Positions 16,410 through 25,256 of a DNA stretch of 32,000 nucleotides are shown in pieces. This DNA comes from Bdellovibrionota bacterium. GTDB taxonomy: Bacteria; Bdellovibrionota; UBA1018; CAUJDS01. The position numbers and the translations under genes were made by a program. Numbering within the stretch: the first letter of the stretch is position 1; every line of letters starts with the position of its first letter. The notes beneath the pieces were generated by a model that searched no databases, was not told the origin of the DNA, and was given only the letters and a program-made list of their open reading frames with translations. The DNA lies in NCBI GenBank assembly GCA_963169695.1, contig CAUJDS010000062.1, positions 75,022-107,021 on the forward strand, in the 5' to 3' direction.

Positions 16410-17987
16410 CTAAGCAATGACATCCAGTCTCTGGTTAAGCAAAGGTGTCGCCACCTTTCTCTCTGAGTGACCTTTGGTCAAATACTCTTTTGATTCTTGT
16501 CGCAATCCTTGATGGCCTTGCCGCTCTCTCTCTTGTTGTCCAGAAGGCTGATTCCATGAGTTGTTGGAATGATCACCCAACGATCCCATGAAGTCCTGCC
16601 TGTCAGGCATTGGAGCAGAAGACGGCGTCACATGGAAATCTACCTTCGAGAGCACTAGATTCTGACTGGCCAATTTCTCCGTCAAAGAAGAGAGGCTTTC
16701 CTCTAGGATCTTCCTTGAACCTTCGTCGGCTGCCGTAATCCTTAACCCTACGCGATTTCCAAAGGTGGTGACCTTGAGACTAACTTCTCCAAGGCTTTCA
16801 GGCTTAAGACGGATATGAACTTCACCTCCGCCCGTACCTGCCACTTGACGAATCTCTTGACCCAAATTCATCAGGCTTTCTGAAGACAAACGATTCTGCG
16901 CCATTGATCCCTGCACAACATGACCCACTACTTCCGACGGAGCCGGCCTTACAGGGTTTATTCCCCCTTCAGTAGCGAGGCTGTGCTGAGCCTGGATGGC
17001 CTGAGCCGTCGGCGAAAGAACATCTTCCACTGGAAGGAATTCTTTTTTCGAACGGTCCTGCAAGATTCCAATCTCTTGAGTCCCCGCAGAATTTCCTGGC
17101 AGATAGTTTTGGGCCAAAAACTCCTTAGCAGGAATCCCTTTAGTAAGAGGCAGCGGTTCAACAGTATCTCTTACAGACCTGGACTGATCCATGGCCTTCA
17201 GAAATTCCATTCCTCCCATGGGGCTCTTGATGGGCCCACTGGGACGCCCCTCTGACTTAGGATTGGGCTGAGCGAGAATCGCAACAGGCATAGATTCTGC
17301 CTGATAGAGTCCCTGAAGTTCTTTCAGAGCCGAAAGCGGAACTTCTTGCTGACGTGCTATCTCCATTGGCCGAGCTTCTGGGTTTGTAATAACCGCATTA
17401 GAATGACTTCCCTGAGAAGGGGCCTTGCCTTGTAAATGAGGCAAACTCGCGAGCAATTGTTCTAATTCTGGTGAAACAGCTGCTGGGGCTTTTCCTTCTA
17501 TCTTGGGTCCGGCCTTTTCTAATTCCGCGTTCGTGCGGATGCTTGGCTTAGGCGATATTCCATCTGCCAGTACCTGGCTTGGTACAAGGCCATCTGCTAC
17601 TTTGAGGTCAGGTTTGCTGGTTTTAGGAACAGGTTCCTTTCCAGCCGCAACTTCCATTGAGGCGGCCTTGACGGGCGCTTCCTCCGAAATCACTTCTCGT
17701 GGAATCAAAGTAGGCTGAGGCATTTGTACAACCACGGACTGAGCAAGATTCACCGGAGATCCAGAGGTTGGTACCTCTTCCTTCGGTGCAATCCACTGTG
17801 GCTGCTGAATCATTGTTATCAGCGGCAATGCGTCTTCCTCTACTTTTTTGAGCGCTTGCTCAAAAGAAGCATTGGACTCCGAATCGGACGCCTTAGACAA
17901 TGCTAGATCTTGCAGGTTCTCAATAGCCTGAGACTGTACTTGTGAAACAGGTACAGTCGGTATGTTGAGATTACCCATTAGATCCAT
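16410..17987 (-). CDS. fliK: flagellar hook-length control protein FliK
   Basis: P/Q/S/A-rich low-complexity N-terminal two thirds. C-terminal Flg_hook-type domain GGGEVHIRLKPESLGEVSLKVTTFGNRVGLRITAADEGSRKILEESL. Positioned between the ylxF-like gene and flgD. Confidence 0.88.
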   Translation of the reverse strand: MDLMGNLNIPTVPVSQVQSQAIENLQDLALSKASDSESNASFEQALKKVEEDALPLITMIQQPQWIAPKEEVPTSGSPVNLAQSVVVQMPQPTLIPREVISEEAPVKAASMEVAAGKEPVPKTSKPDLKVADGLVPSQVLADGISPKPSIRTNAELEKAGPKIEGKAPAAVSPELEQLLASLPHLQGKAPSQGSHSNAVITNPEARPMEIARQQEVPLSALKELQGLYQAESMPVAILAQPNPKSEGRPSGPIKSPMGGMEFLKAMDQSRSVRDTVEPLPLTKGIPAKEFLAQNYLPGNSAGTQEIGILQDRSKKEFLPVEDVLSPTAQAIQAQHSLATEGGINPVRPAPSEVVGHVVQGSMAQNRLSSESLMNLGQEIRQVAGTGGGEVHIRLKPESLGEVSLKVTTFGNRVGLRITAADEGSRKILEESLSSLTEKLASQNLVLSKVDFHVTPSSAPMPDRQDFMGSLGDHSNNSWNQPSGQQERERQGHQGLRQESKEYLTKGHSERKVATPLLNQRLDVIA

Positions 17988-18489
17988 TGTTTTTTTCCAC
18001 TCCTTTCTTGGTTTGTTTGGTTTTTCCTAACGCCATCAGCTCCGCGAGCCTCGAAGAGACCTGAGGATCCATGGCGGAAAGAACTTTAGCTAAAATAGGA
18101 GCGGACAATCGAGTCGCAGCAGGAACGCTCAATGCATCCTCTGTTTGAGCAAGAATTACTGCCGCTGCTTTTGGACTCATTTTTTCGAGCGTCTCGACCA
18201 TCTTCGAAATACGTTCTTCATTTTTTGCTTCAAATAATTCGGATGCGGCTTTCACTTGCTTTCGAAGTTCTTCGATTTTTTTTATTTCTTCCTGAATCGC
18301 AATTTCTCTCTGCTTGAGGTCTTCTTCTTTCTTGTTTAAAACCGCCTGCTGCTCTTTGAGTGATGCTTTTTGTCGGACCAAATCTTGTAGGGCCGTTTCA
18401 TCCACTAAACAGCGCTCCCCTTCAGATTCTGCGCGGGCTGCAAATCCAAAGAGAATCAATGTCAGTACAGGCCATTGAGAAATCCTCAT
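17971..18489 (-). CDS. YlxF/FlbB-like flagellar protein (MgtE-N-like helical domain) with N-terminal signal/anchor
   Basis: Hydrophobic N-terminus, then a coiled coil, then ISKMVETLEKMSPKAAAVILAQTEDALSVPAATRLSAPILAKVLSAMDPQ (MgtE_N-type pattern). It occupies the same position as B. subtilis ylxF, between fliJ and fliK. Confidence 0.65.
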   Translation of the reverse strand: MRISQWPVLTLILFGFAARAESEGERCLVDETALQDLVRQKASLKEQQAVLNKKEEDLKQREIAIQEEIKKIEELRKQVKAASELFEAKNEERISKMVETLEKMSPKAAAVILAQTEDALSVPAATRLSAPILAKVLSAMDPQVSSRLAELMALGKTKQTKKGVEKNNGSNG

Positions 18490-18938
18490 CAGAATTCTCC
18501 TCGGAATCTGTCGCGCATAACCATCATATCGTCAGATTCACGAATGAGGTCTCGATTACTTGTCTCAATGTATTTTTGATATTCCCGTTCGCGTAGCTTT
18601 TCGAACTTCTTGAGTTCTTGCTTTGCCTTGATATACTTTTGCATGGCTAGGTTTACTTTTTTCTGGGCACGAACGATGGCGCGATCAGCGTAGACCAATC
18701 GATATTTATTCCCAACAATGAAATCCTCTTCGGCCCGAAAATGGGAAGGCTTTGTTGGCTCAGTACCCAGGCTCTCTCTTCGATCCAATCCGGCGTGAAT
18801 TTGCGAAAGGATCTGCATCTTCTTCTGAATTTCTTTTTCTCGATCACGCTGAGCGAGCGCCAATTCACGAAGTGATTCTTCTTCTTTGAGTTTTCTTACT
18901 CGCTCAATGGTTGAAAATCGAGACACGAACTTCTTCAT
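18489..18938 (-). CDS. fliJ: flagellar export chaperone/stalk protein FliJ
   Basis: 149-aa all-helical charged protein directly after fliI. The N-terminal F-R-F..IERVRKLKEEE pattern is typical of FliJ. Confidence 0.85.
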   Translation of the reverse strand: MKKFVSRFSTIERVRKLKEEESLRELALAQRDREKEIQKKMQILSQIHAGLDRRESLGTEPTKPSHFRAEEDFIVGNKYRLVYADRAIVRAQKKVNLAMQKYIKAKQELKKFEKLREREYQKYIETSNRDLIRESDDMMVMRDRFRGEF

Positions 18939-18988
18939 CTCTCCATTTTCGCGCCTTTAGCTACGACGCAACAGGCTGAAAGTTTTAC

Positions 18989-20350
18989 CTAGGACGGCTG
19001 GGAAGTACCTGCCGAAGTGAGTGCCGAGAGGTAGGCAATTGTTTCTGGAAGGGTTCCTCGCTCTTGTGCCCCTTGCCTTAGAAATTGAATCATGCGGTCA
19101 TAGACCACTACGGCTTGATCCAACTTGGGGTTGGTTCCTTTGACGTAGGCACCGATTTCTATTAAGTCTCTGGCTTGCTCGTACACGGACAGCCATTCTC
19201 GAACCTGCTGCGCGGCCTTAAGATGCTCTTTGGTTGCCACAGCGGACATCACCCGACTTACGCTTTGTAAGATATCTACGGCTGGAAAATGCCCTCTCTC
19301 TGCCAGGCGCCTTGAAAGAACGATATGTCCGTCAAGTATAGCGCGTGCGGCATCTGCAACGGGGTCGTTAAGGTCATCCCCTTCCACTAGCACTGTATAG
19401 AGGCCGGTGACACTCCCGCCTCGGCTGTCTAGGCCGGCACGTTCCAATAGCTTTGGCATCAATGCAAATACACTAGGTGTGTAGCCCTTGGATGCGGGTG
19501 GTTCTCCGAGCGACAGGCCCATCTCTCGTTGGGCCATACAGAATCGAGTCAATGAGTCCATCAAAAGCAAAACCTGCTTGCCCTGGTCGCGATAGTACTC
19601 AGCCACCGTTGTGGCCAAAAAAGCCGCTCTAACTCTCAAGAGTGGCGCTGTATCAGATGTCGCCACTATGACGACCGAGCGAGCAAGTCCTTCTGGTCCT
19701 AAATCACGCTCTATAAATTCTCTTACCTCACGACCTCGTTCGCCGACGAGCGCGATGACATTGATATCTGCCGATGTATTTCGAGCTGTCATTCCCATTA
19801 AGACAGACTTACCGACACCAGACCCGGCCATGATTCCTACTCGCTGACCCCTGCCACAGGTGATGAGGCCGTTGATACTTCGAACACCCAAATCTAGGCT
19901 ATCCGAAATCATTCCACGATCTAGAGGATCCAGAGGAATGGCGTAAAGATTCCGGTCTTCGGATGGACCTGTATCTGCTATAGGCCCTTTTCCATCGATG
20001 GGTTCCCCGCGTGCATCAATCACGCGACCTAATAGACCACTTCTCACTCGATAGGATGAGCTTCGTTTCTTCAACACTACCAGGCTTCCTGGATTGATTC
20101 CCGCAAGCTGTTCAAAAGGCATCAGCAAAACCCGCTTGTCCCGAAATCCAACCACTTCGGCCTCTACCCTGTCCGAACTCTCGCCAATCAGGGGATCCGC
20201 AATCACATCGCAGAGACTTCCAACGGAAGCCCCCGGCAAGTAGGCCTCGTACATAACGCCCAGGGTTTTAGTGATCTTTCCCGCTTCTCCATAGAGAAGG
20301 GTCGTTGCGACCTGTGTTCGGATTCTTTTTTCATCTAATGGGATGTTCAA
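18989..20350 (-). CDS. fliI: flagellum-specific ATPase FliI
   Basis: Walker A MAGSGVGKSVL, Walker B VLLLMDSLTRF, F1-beta-like fold motifs, 453 aa. Confidence 0.97.
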   Translation of the reverse strand: MNIPLDEKRIRTQVATTLLYGEAGKITKTLGVMYEAYLPGASVGSLCDVIADPLIGESSDRVEAEVVGFRDKRVLLMPFEQLAGINPGSLVVLKKRSSSYRVRSGLLGRVIDARGEPIDGKGPIADTGPSEDRNLYAIPLDPLDRGMISDSLDLGVRSINGLITCGRGQRVGIMAGSGVGKSVLMGMTARNTSADINVIALVGERGREVREFIERDLGPEGLARSVVIVATSDTAPLLRVRAAFLATTVAEYYRDQGKQVLLLMDSLTRFCMAQREMGLSLGEPPASKGYTPSVFALMPKLLERAGLDSRGGSVTGLYTVLVEGDDLNDPVADAARAILDGHIVLSRRLAERGHFPAVDILQSVSRVMSAVATKEHLKAAQQVREWLSVYEQARDLIEIGAYVKGTNPKLDQAVVVYDRMIQFLRQGAQERGTLPETIAYLSALTSAGTSQPS

Positions 20351-21207
20351 ACAGAAGATCCCTGCGATAAGAGTGAATCGTGAATTCGCTTCAACTGAAC
20401 TTCGATTCTGGCATCAACGGTACTAAATTCTGTCTCTACAATACAACCACCTTCTGCAACCTTATCGGAAGGCTCCAACTGAAGATTCTGCAGTCCCGCA
20501 ATCTTTTCTTTAATTTTATCCCGTAACATTCCCATGGTCTCACTATCCTGGGGATTGATCTTGATTCGAATATTGTCTTTGACTCCAACTTTCTCAATGA
20601 TTTCCTGCGAAAGTCTGACTAGGTACTCCGGATCCTGCTTTGTTTCTTTAAGTAAAACCATTCTAGAAATCTGAGCCATCATCTCCAAGATAAATCGCTC
20701 ATTCTGTCGAAGAATTTCAATCTTGGCATTTTCCATGCCATCGATAAGCGCCTCCAGGGATTCCAATCGGCGTTGTCCCTCGGCTTGAAACGCCTTCCGA
20801 GCTTCTTCATGCCCGGTCTTCAGTCCCTCTGCATACCCTTGGTCATATGCACTCTTTGACACTTGCTCCTTCAAGGCTGCCACTTCACCTTGAACTAATT
20901 CCTGAATCGCGCGCTTTTCTTCCTTATCGATTGAAAGTGGGTCACGCAAAATAGAACTCAGCTTAAATTGCGTGTCACGGGTATTGGTTCGTTTCCGGTC
21001 GGGATCCGTAACAGCAAGTGGACCATAGTTCTTCTTTGTAAAGCTATAGTCGCCATCGCCCTTTTTTTTGATAGGCTTCATCACATGTTCACGAACATTG
21101 CTAGCCTTCGTAGCGCCGTCTACTTTATAAACACCTGGCTTAATAGAATTGGTCTTGTCTTCCCGTATCTCAATCTGCTGGGGCTTGAATTCCTTGATAT
21201 TAGACAA
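20347..21207 (-). CDS. fliH: flagellar assembly protein FliH
   Basis: Sits between fliG and fliI. Central EAR.AFQAEGQRRLESLEAL coiled coil and C-terminal GGCIVETEFSTVDARIEVQL, typical of FliH. Confidence 0.88.
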   Translation of the reverse strand: MSNIKEFKPQQIEIREDKTNSIKPGVYKVDGATKASNVREHVMKPIKKKGDGDYSFTKKNYGPLAVTDPDRKRTNTRDTQFKLSSILRDPLSIDKEEKRAIQELVQGEVAALKEQVSKSAYDQGYAEGLKTGHEEARKAFQAEGQRRLESLEALIDGMENAKIEILRQNERFILEMMAQISRMVLLKETKQDPEYLVRLSQEIIEKVGVKDNIRIKINPQDSETMGMLRDKIKEKIAGLQNLQLEPSDKVAEGGCIVETEFSTVDARIEVQLKRIHDSLLSQGSSV

Positions 21208-22219
21208 GCGCGTCCGCCTCTCCGCCGCGACTGATGATAATCTTTCCTTCGGCTTCTAGTCGCTTGGCCACGTTTACAATTTCTTGCTGGGCAGTTTCTA
21301 CGTCAGACAGACGCACTGGTCCCATTGAATCAAGATCTTCCTTAAGAATATCGGCAGCTCGCTTGGAAATATTCTTGAAGATCTTATCCTTGATTTCCTC
21401 CGGAGCCGTTTTAAGTGCAATGACCAACTTGTCATTAGCCACATCTTTCAACAGGGTCTGCATACCGCGATCATCAATGAAGACAATGTCTTCGAAGACA
21501 AACATAAGTTTTCGAATTTCTTCTGCCAACTGAGGATCTTTTTCTTCGACCCGCGACATGATGTTTTGTTCGGTATTCTTTTCCATGACGTTCAACATGT
21601 CAGCAATCGGCTGTACTCCACCTAGCTGCTGCGTATCGATAGATCCGAGTGTTGCCAACTCTTGCTTAAGAACTTCGTCCACCTGTGCAATGAGTGTCGG
21701 AGAGATATAATCCAAATTAGCTATTCTTAGAACAACTTCTGTTTGAATACCTTCAGGAAGGCGTTTGAGTACATCACACTTCTTGCCCGGCTCAAGGTGC
21801 GCCAATATCAAAGCGATTGTTTGGGGATGTTCGTTGACTAAGAAGTTGGACAAGGTTCGAGGATCGACCAGCTCAAGTGCTTCTAGAGTTCTACTGCCCT
21901 CGACCACGCTCAATTGTCCGAGAACGGTCTTCGCTCGCTCCTCGCCCAAGGTCTCAAGAACAAAGTCGCGTCCTTGTGCATGACCAAAGATCAAAGTATC
22001 TTCTTCAGAAACTTCAGCGTAGAAATGCTCGAGGACCTTTTTTACAATGGGAATCGAGACTTTAGAAACCTGCCCCATGGCGGTTACAAGAATCTTGACG
22101 TCATTGTCCTTCATACTTTTAAATATTTGAGCCGTGACTTGATTACCAAGCACATTCAAAAGAACGGCGGCTCGGTCTAATCCTGTCATTTCATCAAATT
22201 TCTCAAACTTAGCTGGCAT
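21200..22219 (-). CDS. fliG: flagellar motor switch protein FliG
   Basis: 339 aa. LTGLDRAAVLLNVLG, MFVFEDIVFIDDRGMQTLL and C-terminal torque-helix region SKRAADILKEDL. Confidence 0.97.
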   Translation of the reverse strand: MPAKFEKFDEMTGLDRAAVLLNVLGNQVTAQIFKSMKDNDVKILVTAMGQVSKVSIPIVKKVLEHFYAEVSEEDTLIFGHAQGRDFVLETLGEERAKTVLGQLSVVEGSRTLEALELVDPRTLSNFLVNEHPQTIALILAHLEPGKKCDVLKRLPEGIQTEVVLRIANLDYISPTLIAQVDEVLKQELATLGSIDTQQLGGVQPIADMLNVMEKNTEQNIMSRVEEKDPQLAEEIRKLMFVFEDIVFIDDRGMQTLLKDVANDKLVIALKTAPEEIKDKIFKNISKRAADILKEDLDSMGPVRLSDVETAQQEIVNVAKRLEAEGKIIISRGGEADALV

Positions 22220-22234
22220 TAGGCTTTCCTCTTC

Positions 22235-23917
22235 CTATTCTACTTTAGCTTCAGGATCCTTATTTGCGTCCTTGTTTGACTCACCTCTTACCCATTCACG
22301 CAGAATCAACGCTGCTTTCTGTGGGTTGGCATCAACCAAGGTGGTGACCTTCTCTTTGATCATTTCTCCTTCGACCTTTTCTGGATCGATACGCTCTGGG
22401 ATATCTGGAACAACATCCTCTAAACCAGGGAGACCATTCCCATGCTGCATGCGCTCTAGTTCCTCGATGGTCTGAGGTAAGAAGGTATCGACGCTGTCGA
22501 TGGTGTTTTCTGTTACCCACTTGATGAATGGCCGCACGACAAACAGGAAGAATCCTGCAATGATTAAGCCAATCAGAATATAGACCATCAGATTCTTGTA
22601 ATAAGTTCTGCGTTCGGCCTCTTCAATTTGCCGCTCAGCATCCTCGAAGTCCAGACGCGTAAATTCCATATTCTTGATTTCGAGAATGTCACCCCGTTTC
22701 GGATCCAACCCCACCGCCCTGGATACGACGGACTCAAATTCTTTGATGCGCTCAGGACCCCATAGTGCTGACTTCGATAGAACCTTGCCGTCCTTATCAG
22801 TCTCTTTGACTTCCTTTGCATCTACTACTACAGCGACGCTTAATTTCTTAACACCACCCACGGAGTGGGTAGTCTGTTTGATGGTTTTGGGTATTTCGTA
22901 ATTGACTGTTTCCTTGTTCTTGGTCGTTGACTGCGAAATGGTATTGGTCTCAGGCCCTGGCTGACCTGGCAGGTTTGAAGCAGCACCGGGCCGACCGTAA
23001 GGTCCTGGTCGCTTGCCTTCCATCGCATTGATATTCTTCTGCACCGATCGAATAGCTGATCCATCCGGATCGTAGAGTGTCTGAGTTTCCGAGGACCTTG
23101 AAAAATCTATTTCCGCAGTAACTCTAGCAACTACCCGTCCTTCACCCACGATCGGACCAAGGATTGCTTCGACGCGTTTCTCCATCTCGCGCTCGACATT
23201 CCTTTGGTAGTCTAGCTGATTGGCGGAGATCGCGACTGTCGAATCATGTACGTTTTTGGATAGCGTCTTTCCAGCAGAATTTACTATAACGACGTTCTCG
23301 GCGCTCAACCCTTCAACGGCGCTTGCAACCAAGTTTCCAATTCCGAGAATCTGCTTTTCTTCCAAAATCACGCCCGGCCTAAGATCCAAGAGTACCGAGG
23401 CAGTCGCGTCTTTTTGGTCTTCAATGAAGGCGCTCTTTTTTGGTAAAGCCAGGTGGACACGAGCTTTTCGAATTCCCTTCATCGCGCCAATGGTTCTCAT
23501 TAGCTCGCCTTCGAGTGCGCGTTTGCGATTGACCATTTGGACAAAGTTAGTGGTCCCCAGAGACTGTTTATCAAAGACTTCGTATCCGACAAAGCTAGAC
23601 TCGGGTAAACCAAGTGTTGCTATCTCCAATCGAAGTTCATCCATATTTTCAGGAGGAACTTCTATAGAACTCCCTCCGCGATCAACCTTAAACGGTATCC
23701 CCTTATCTCTAAGGATCCGAATGACGTTGGCAGAGTCCTCGGGCGATAGGTTGCTCATAATAGGCTGAAAGTTCTTTTGACCCGCCCAGATGAACATACC
23801 TACTATCCCGACCGTGATAGCGAAACCCGTCACGATAAGCGCTATTCTTCTACCAATAGACAACGACATAAAGAAGTCGTTGATCTGTTTGACAACCTTC
23901 TTCAGGTACTCTGCCAC
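22235..23917 (-). CDS. fliF: flagellar MS-ring protein FliF
   Basis: 560 aa with N- and C-terminal TM segments. Motifs GIPFKVDRGGSSIEVP, ELMRTIGAMKGIRKARVHLALP. Confidence 0.97.
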   Translation of the reverse strand: MAEYLKKVVKQINDFFMSLSIGRRIALIVTGFAITVGIVGMFIWAGQKNFQPIMSNLSPEDSANVIRILRDKGIPFKVDRGGSSIEVPPENMDELRLEIATLGLPESSFVGYEVFDKQSLGTTNFVQMVNRKRALEGELMRTIGAMKGIRKARVHLALPKKSAFIEDQKDATASVLLDLRPGVILEEKQILGIGNLVASAVEGLSAENVVIVNSAGKTLSKNVHDSTVAISANQLDYQRNVEREMEKRVEAILGPIVGEGRVVARVTAEIDFSRSSETQTLYDPDGSAIRSVQKNINAMEGKRPGPYGRPGAASNLPGQPGPETNTISQSTTKNKETVNYEIPKTIKQTTHSVGGVKKLSVAVVVDAKEVKETDKDGKVLSKSALWGPERIKEFESVVSRAVGLDPKRGDILEIKNMEFTRLDFEDAERQIEEAERRTYYKNLMVYILIGLIIAGFFLFVVRPFIKWVTENTIDSVDTFLPQTIEELERMQHGNGLPGLEDVVPDIPERIDPEKVEGEMIKEKVTTLVDANPQKAALILREWVRGESNKDANKDPEAKVE

Positions 23918-23935
23918 TGCTTACCCTCTTCCTAA

Positions 23936-24298
23936 CTACACTTGCATGCGCATGATTTCTCGATACGCATCCACCACTTTGTTTCTCACTTGCATCATGA
24001 GCTTCAACGAAAGATCAGCTTGTTCCAAAGCCAACATGGTTTCGTGAATATTCTTTGTGCGACCTGCAACTAAGTCCTTTACGGATTGATCCGCAGACAG
24101 CTGCATGTCATTGACTTTCGAAACAGAACTTTCAAGCATTTCCGCAAAAGTACCGTGCGGTACTGTTAGAGGTAGCGAACTCTCCGTCCCCTGCGCTTCT
24201 GCTAGGCTCTGTGCGGCTCGAGTTTCTAATCGATTGCTAAGGACGTCAGGACCAAGTCGATCAACTTGGCTCAATCCTTCGATCGAAAGTGTGCTCAT
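23936..24298 (-). CDS. fliE: flagellar hook-basal body complex protein FliE
   Basis: 120 aa with C-terminal VHETMLALEQADLSLKLMMQVRNKVVDAYREIMRMQV-type motif. Confidence 0.93.
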   Translation of the reverse strand: MSTLSIEGLSQVDRLGPDVLSNRLETRAAQSLAEAQGTESSLPLTVPHGTFAEMLESSVSKVNDMQLSADQSVKDLVAGRTKNIHETMLALEQADLSLKLMMQVRNKVVDAYREIMRMQV

Positions 24299-24308
24299 CT
24301 AATTCCCC

Positions 24309-24746
24309 TTACCTAACTATCTCAAGTGCTTTTTGTGCCATTGACTTTGCTGCACCCATTGCTGTGACATTCGCCTCATAGGCTCTCTGCGCACTAATCA
24401 TATTTGCCATTTCTTCAGCGGGATTGACGTTCGGCATAGCAACATATCCCTGAGGATCAGCATCTGGATGCGAAGGATTGTAAACCATGCGAGGACCTGA
24501 GGGATCTTCTTGAACATCCATTACCAATACCCCTTGGATATCCTCGTCTAATTCGCTTTCTAGAATTTCTCCGAAGCCTTCTCGGTCTGGTATGGCTCCA
24601 AATACTGGGTCCTTGCGCTTGTAGGGACCCCCCGCTTCCGTTCGCGTTGTATCGGCGTTGGCGAGGTTGCTGGAGATCGTATTCATGCGCTTCATTTGAG
24701 CGTCTAATCCGGATGAACTCACCCGCATTGAAGAAAAGAAGTCCAT
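24309..24746 (-). CDS. flgC: flagellar proximal rod protein FlgC
   Basis: SSSGLDAQMKRMNTISSNLANADTT N-terminus and MISAQRAYEANVTAMGAAKSMAQKALEI C-terminus. Confidence 0.96.
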   Translation of the reverse strand: MDFFSSMRVSSSGLDAQMKRMNTISSNLANADTTRTEAGGPYKRKDPVFGAIPDREGFGEILESELDEDIQGVLVMDVQEDPSGPRMVYNPSHPDADPQGYVAMPNVNPAEEMANMISAQRAYEANVTAMGAAKSMAQKALEIVR

Positions 24747-25162
24747 TATCGATTTCCTCCGCCTTCAGTGATGGCGTATCGAACCATACCCAGTTTTTTC
24801 TTCATTGCTTCCACTGAGGAAGAGTAAAGAATTTGATTCTCCGCTAGTTTTGCCATTTCAGCTGCTCGATCTACGGTATTCCCATCCAGAGACTCTACGC
24901 CATTGGGGTCGTCATATATTTCTGGGGATATGGGCTCGCCTTCGCGCGGAACGATATGATGAGGATTTTCTCCAGCAAGCTTAAGCTCATCCGTCTCTCC
25001 CAAAGCTTCTCGAAGCTCTTGTTCGAAATCAATTTCTTTTGCCTTAAATCCTGGCGTGTCGGCATTAGCTATATTGGAACTGACAACGTTCTGCTTCATG
25101 AGACGCAGATCCATGGATTGACTAAGGGTGCCTATTGTATTGTCAAAGACTCCTGAACTCAT
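24746..25162 (-). CDS. flgB: flagellar proximal rod protein FlgB
   Basis: RLMKQNVVSSNIANADTPGFKAK motif and LAENQILYSSSVEAMKKKL C-terminus. First gene of the structural block. Confidence 0.95.
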   Translation of the reverse strand: MSSGVFDNTIGTLSQSMDLRLMKQNVVSSNIANADTPGFKAKEIDFEQELREALGETDELKLAGENPHHIVPREGEPISPEIYDDPNGVESLDGNTVDRAAEMAKLAENQILYSSSVEAMKKKLGMVRYAITEGGGNR

Positions 25163-25203
25163 AGGTGATCTCCTCGACTATCTCTAAGATTAACGTCTCG
25201 CTT

Positions 25204-25247
25204 CCAAAATAAGTAGGTAGGGAGGAAATTGCCTAGCCTCCCTACCT
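25204..25247 (-). terminator. rho-independent-type terminator after the sigma-54 activator gene
   Basis: Minus strand, 9 nt after the stop: AGGTAGGGAGG-CTAGGCAATTT-CCTCCCTACCT (perfect 11-bp stem at 25215-25225 / 25237-25247), followed by ACTTATTTTGG. The T-tract is interrupted and short. Confidence 0.55.
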
Positions 25248-25256
25248 GCTTGCCAC

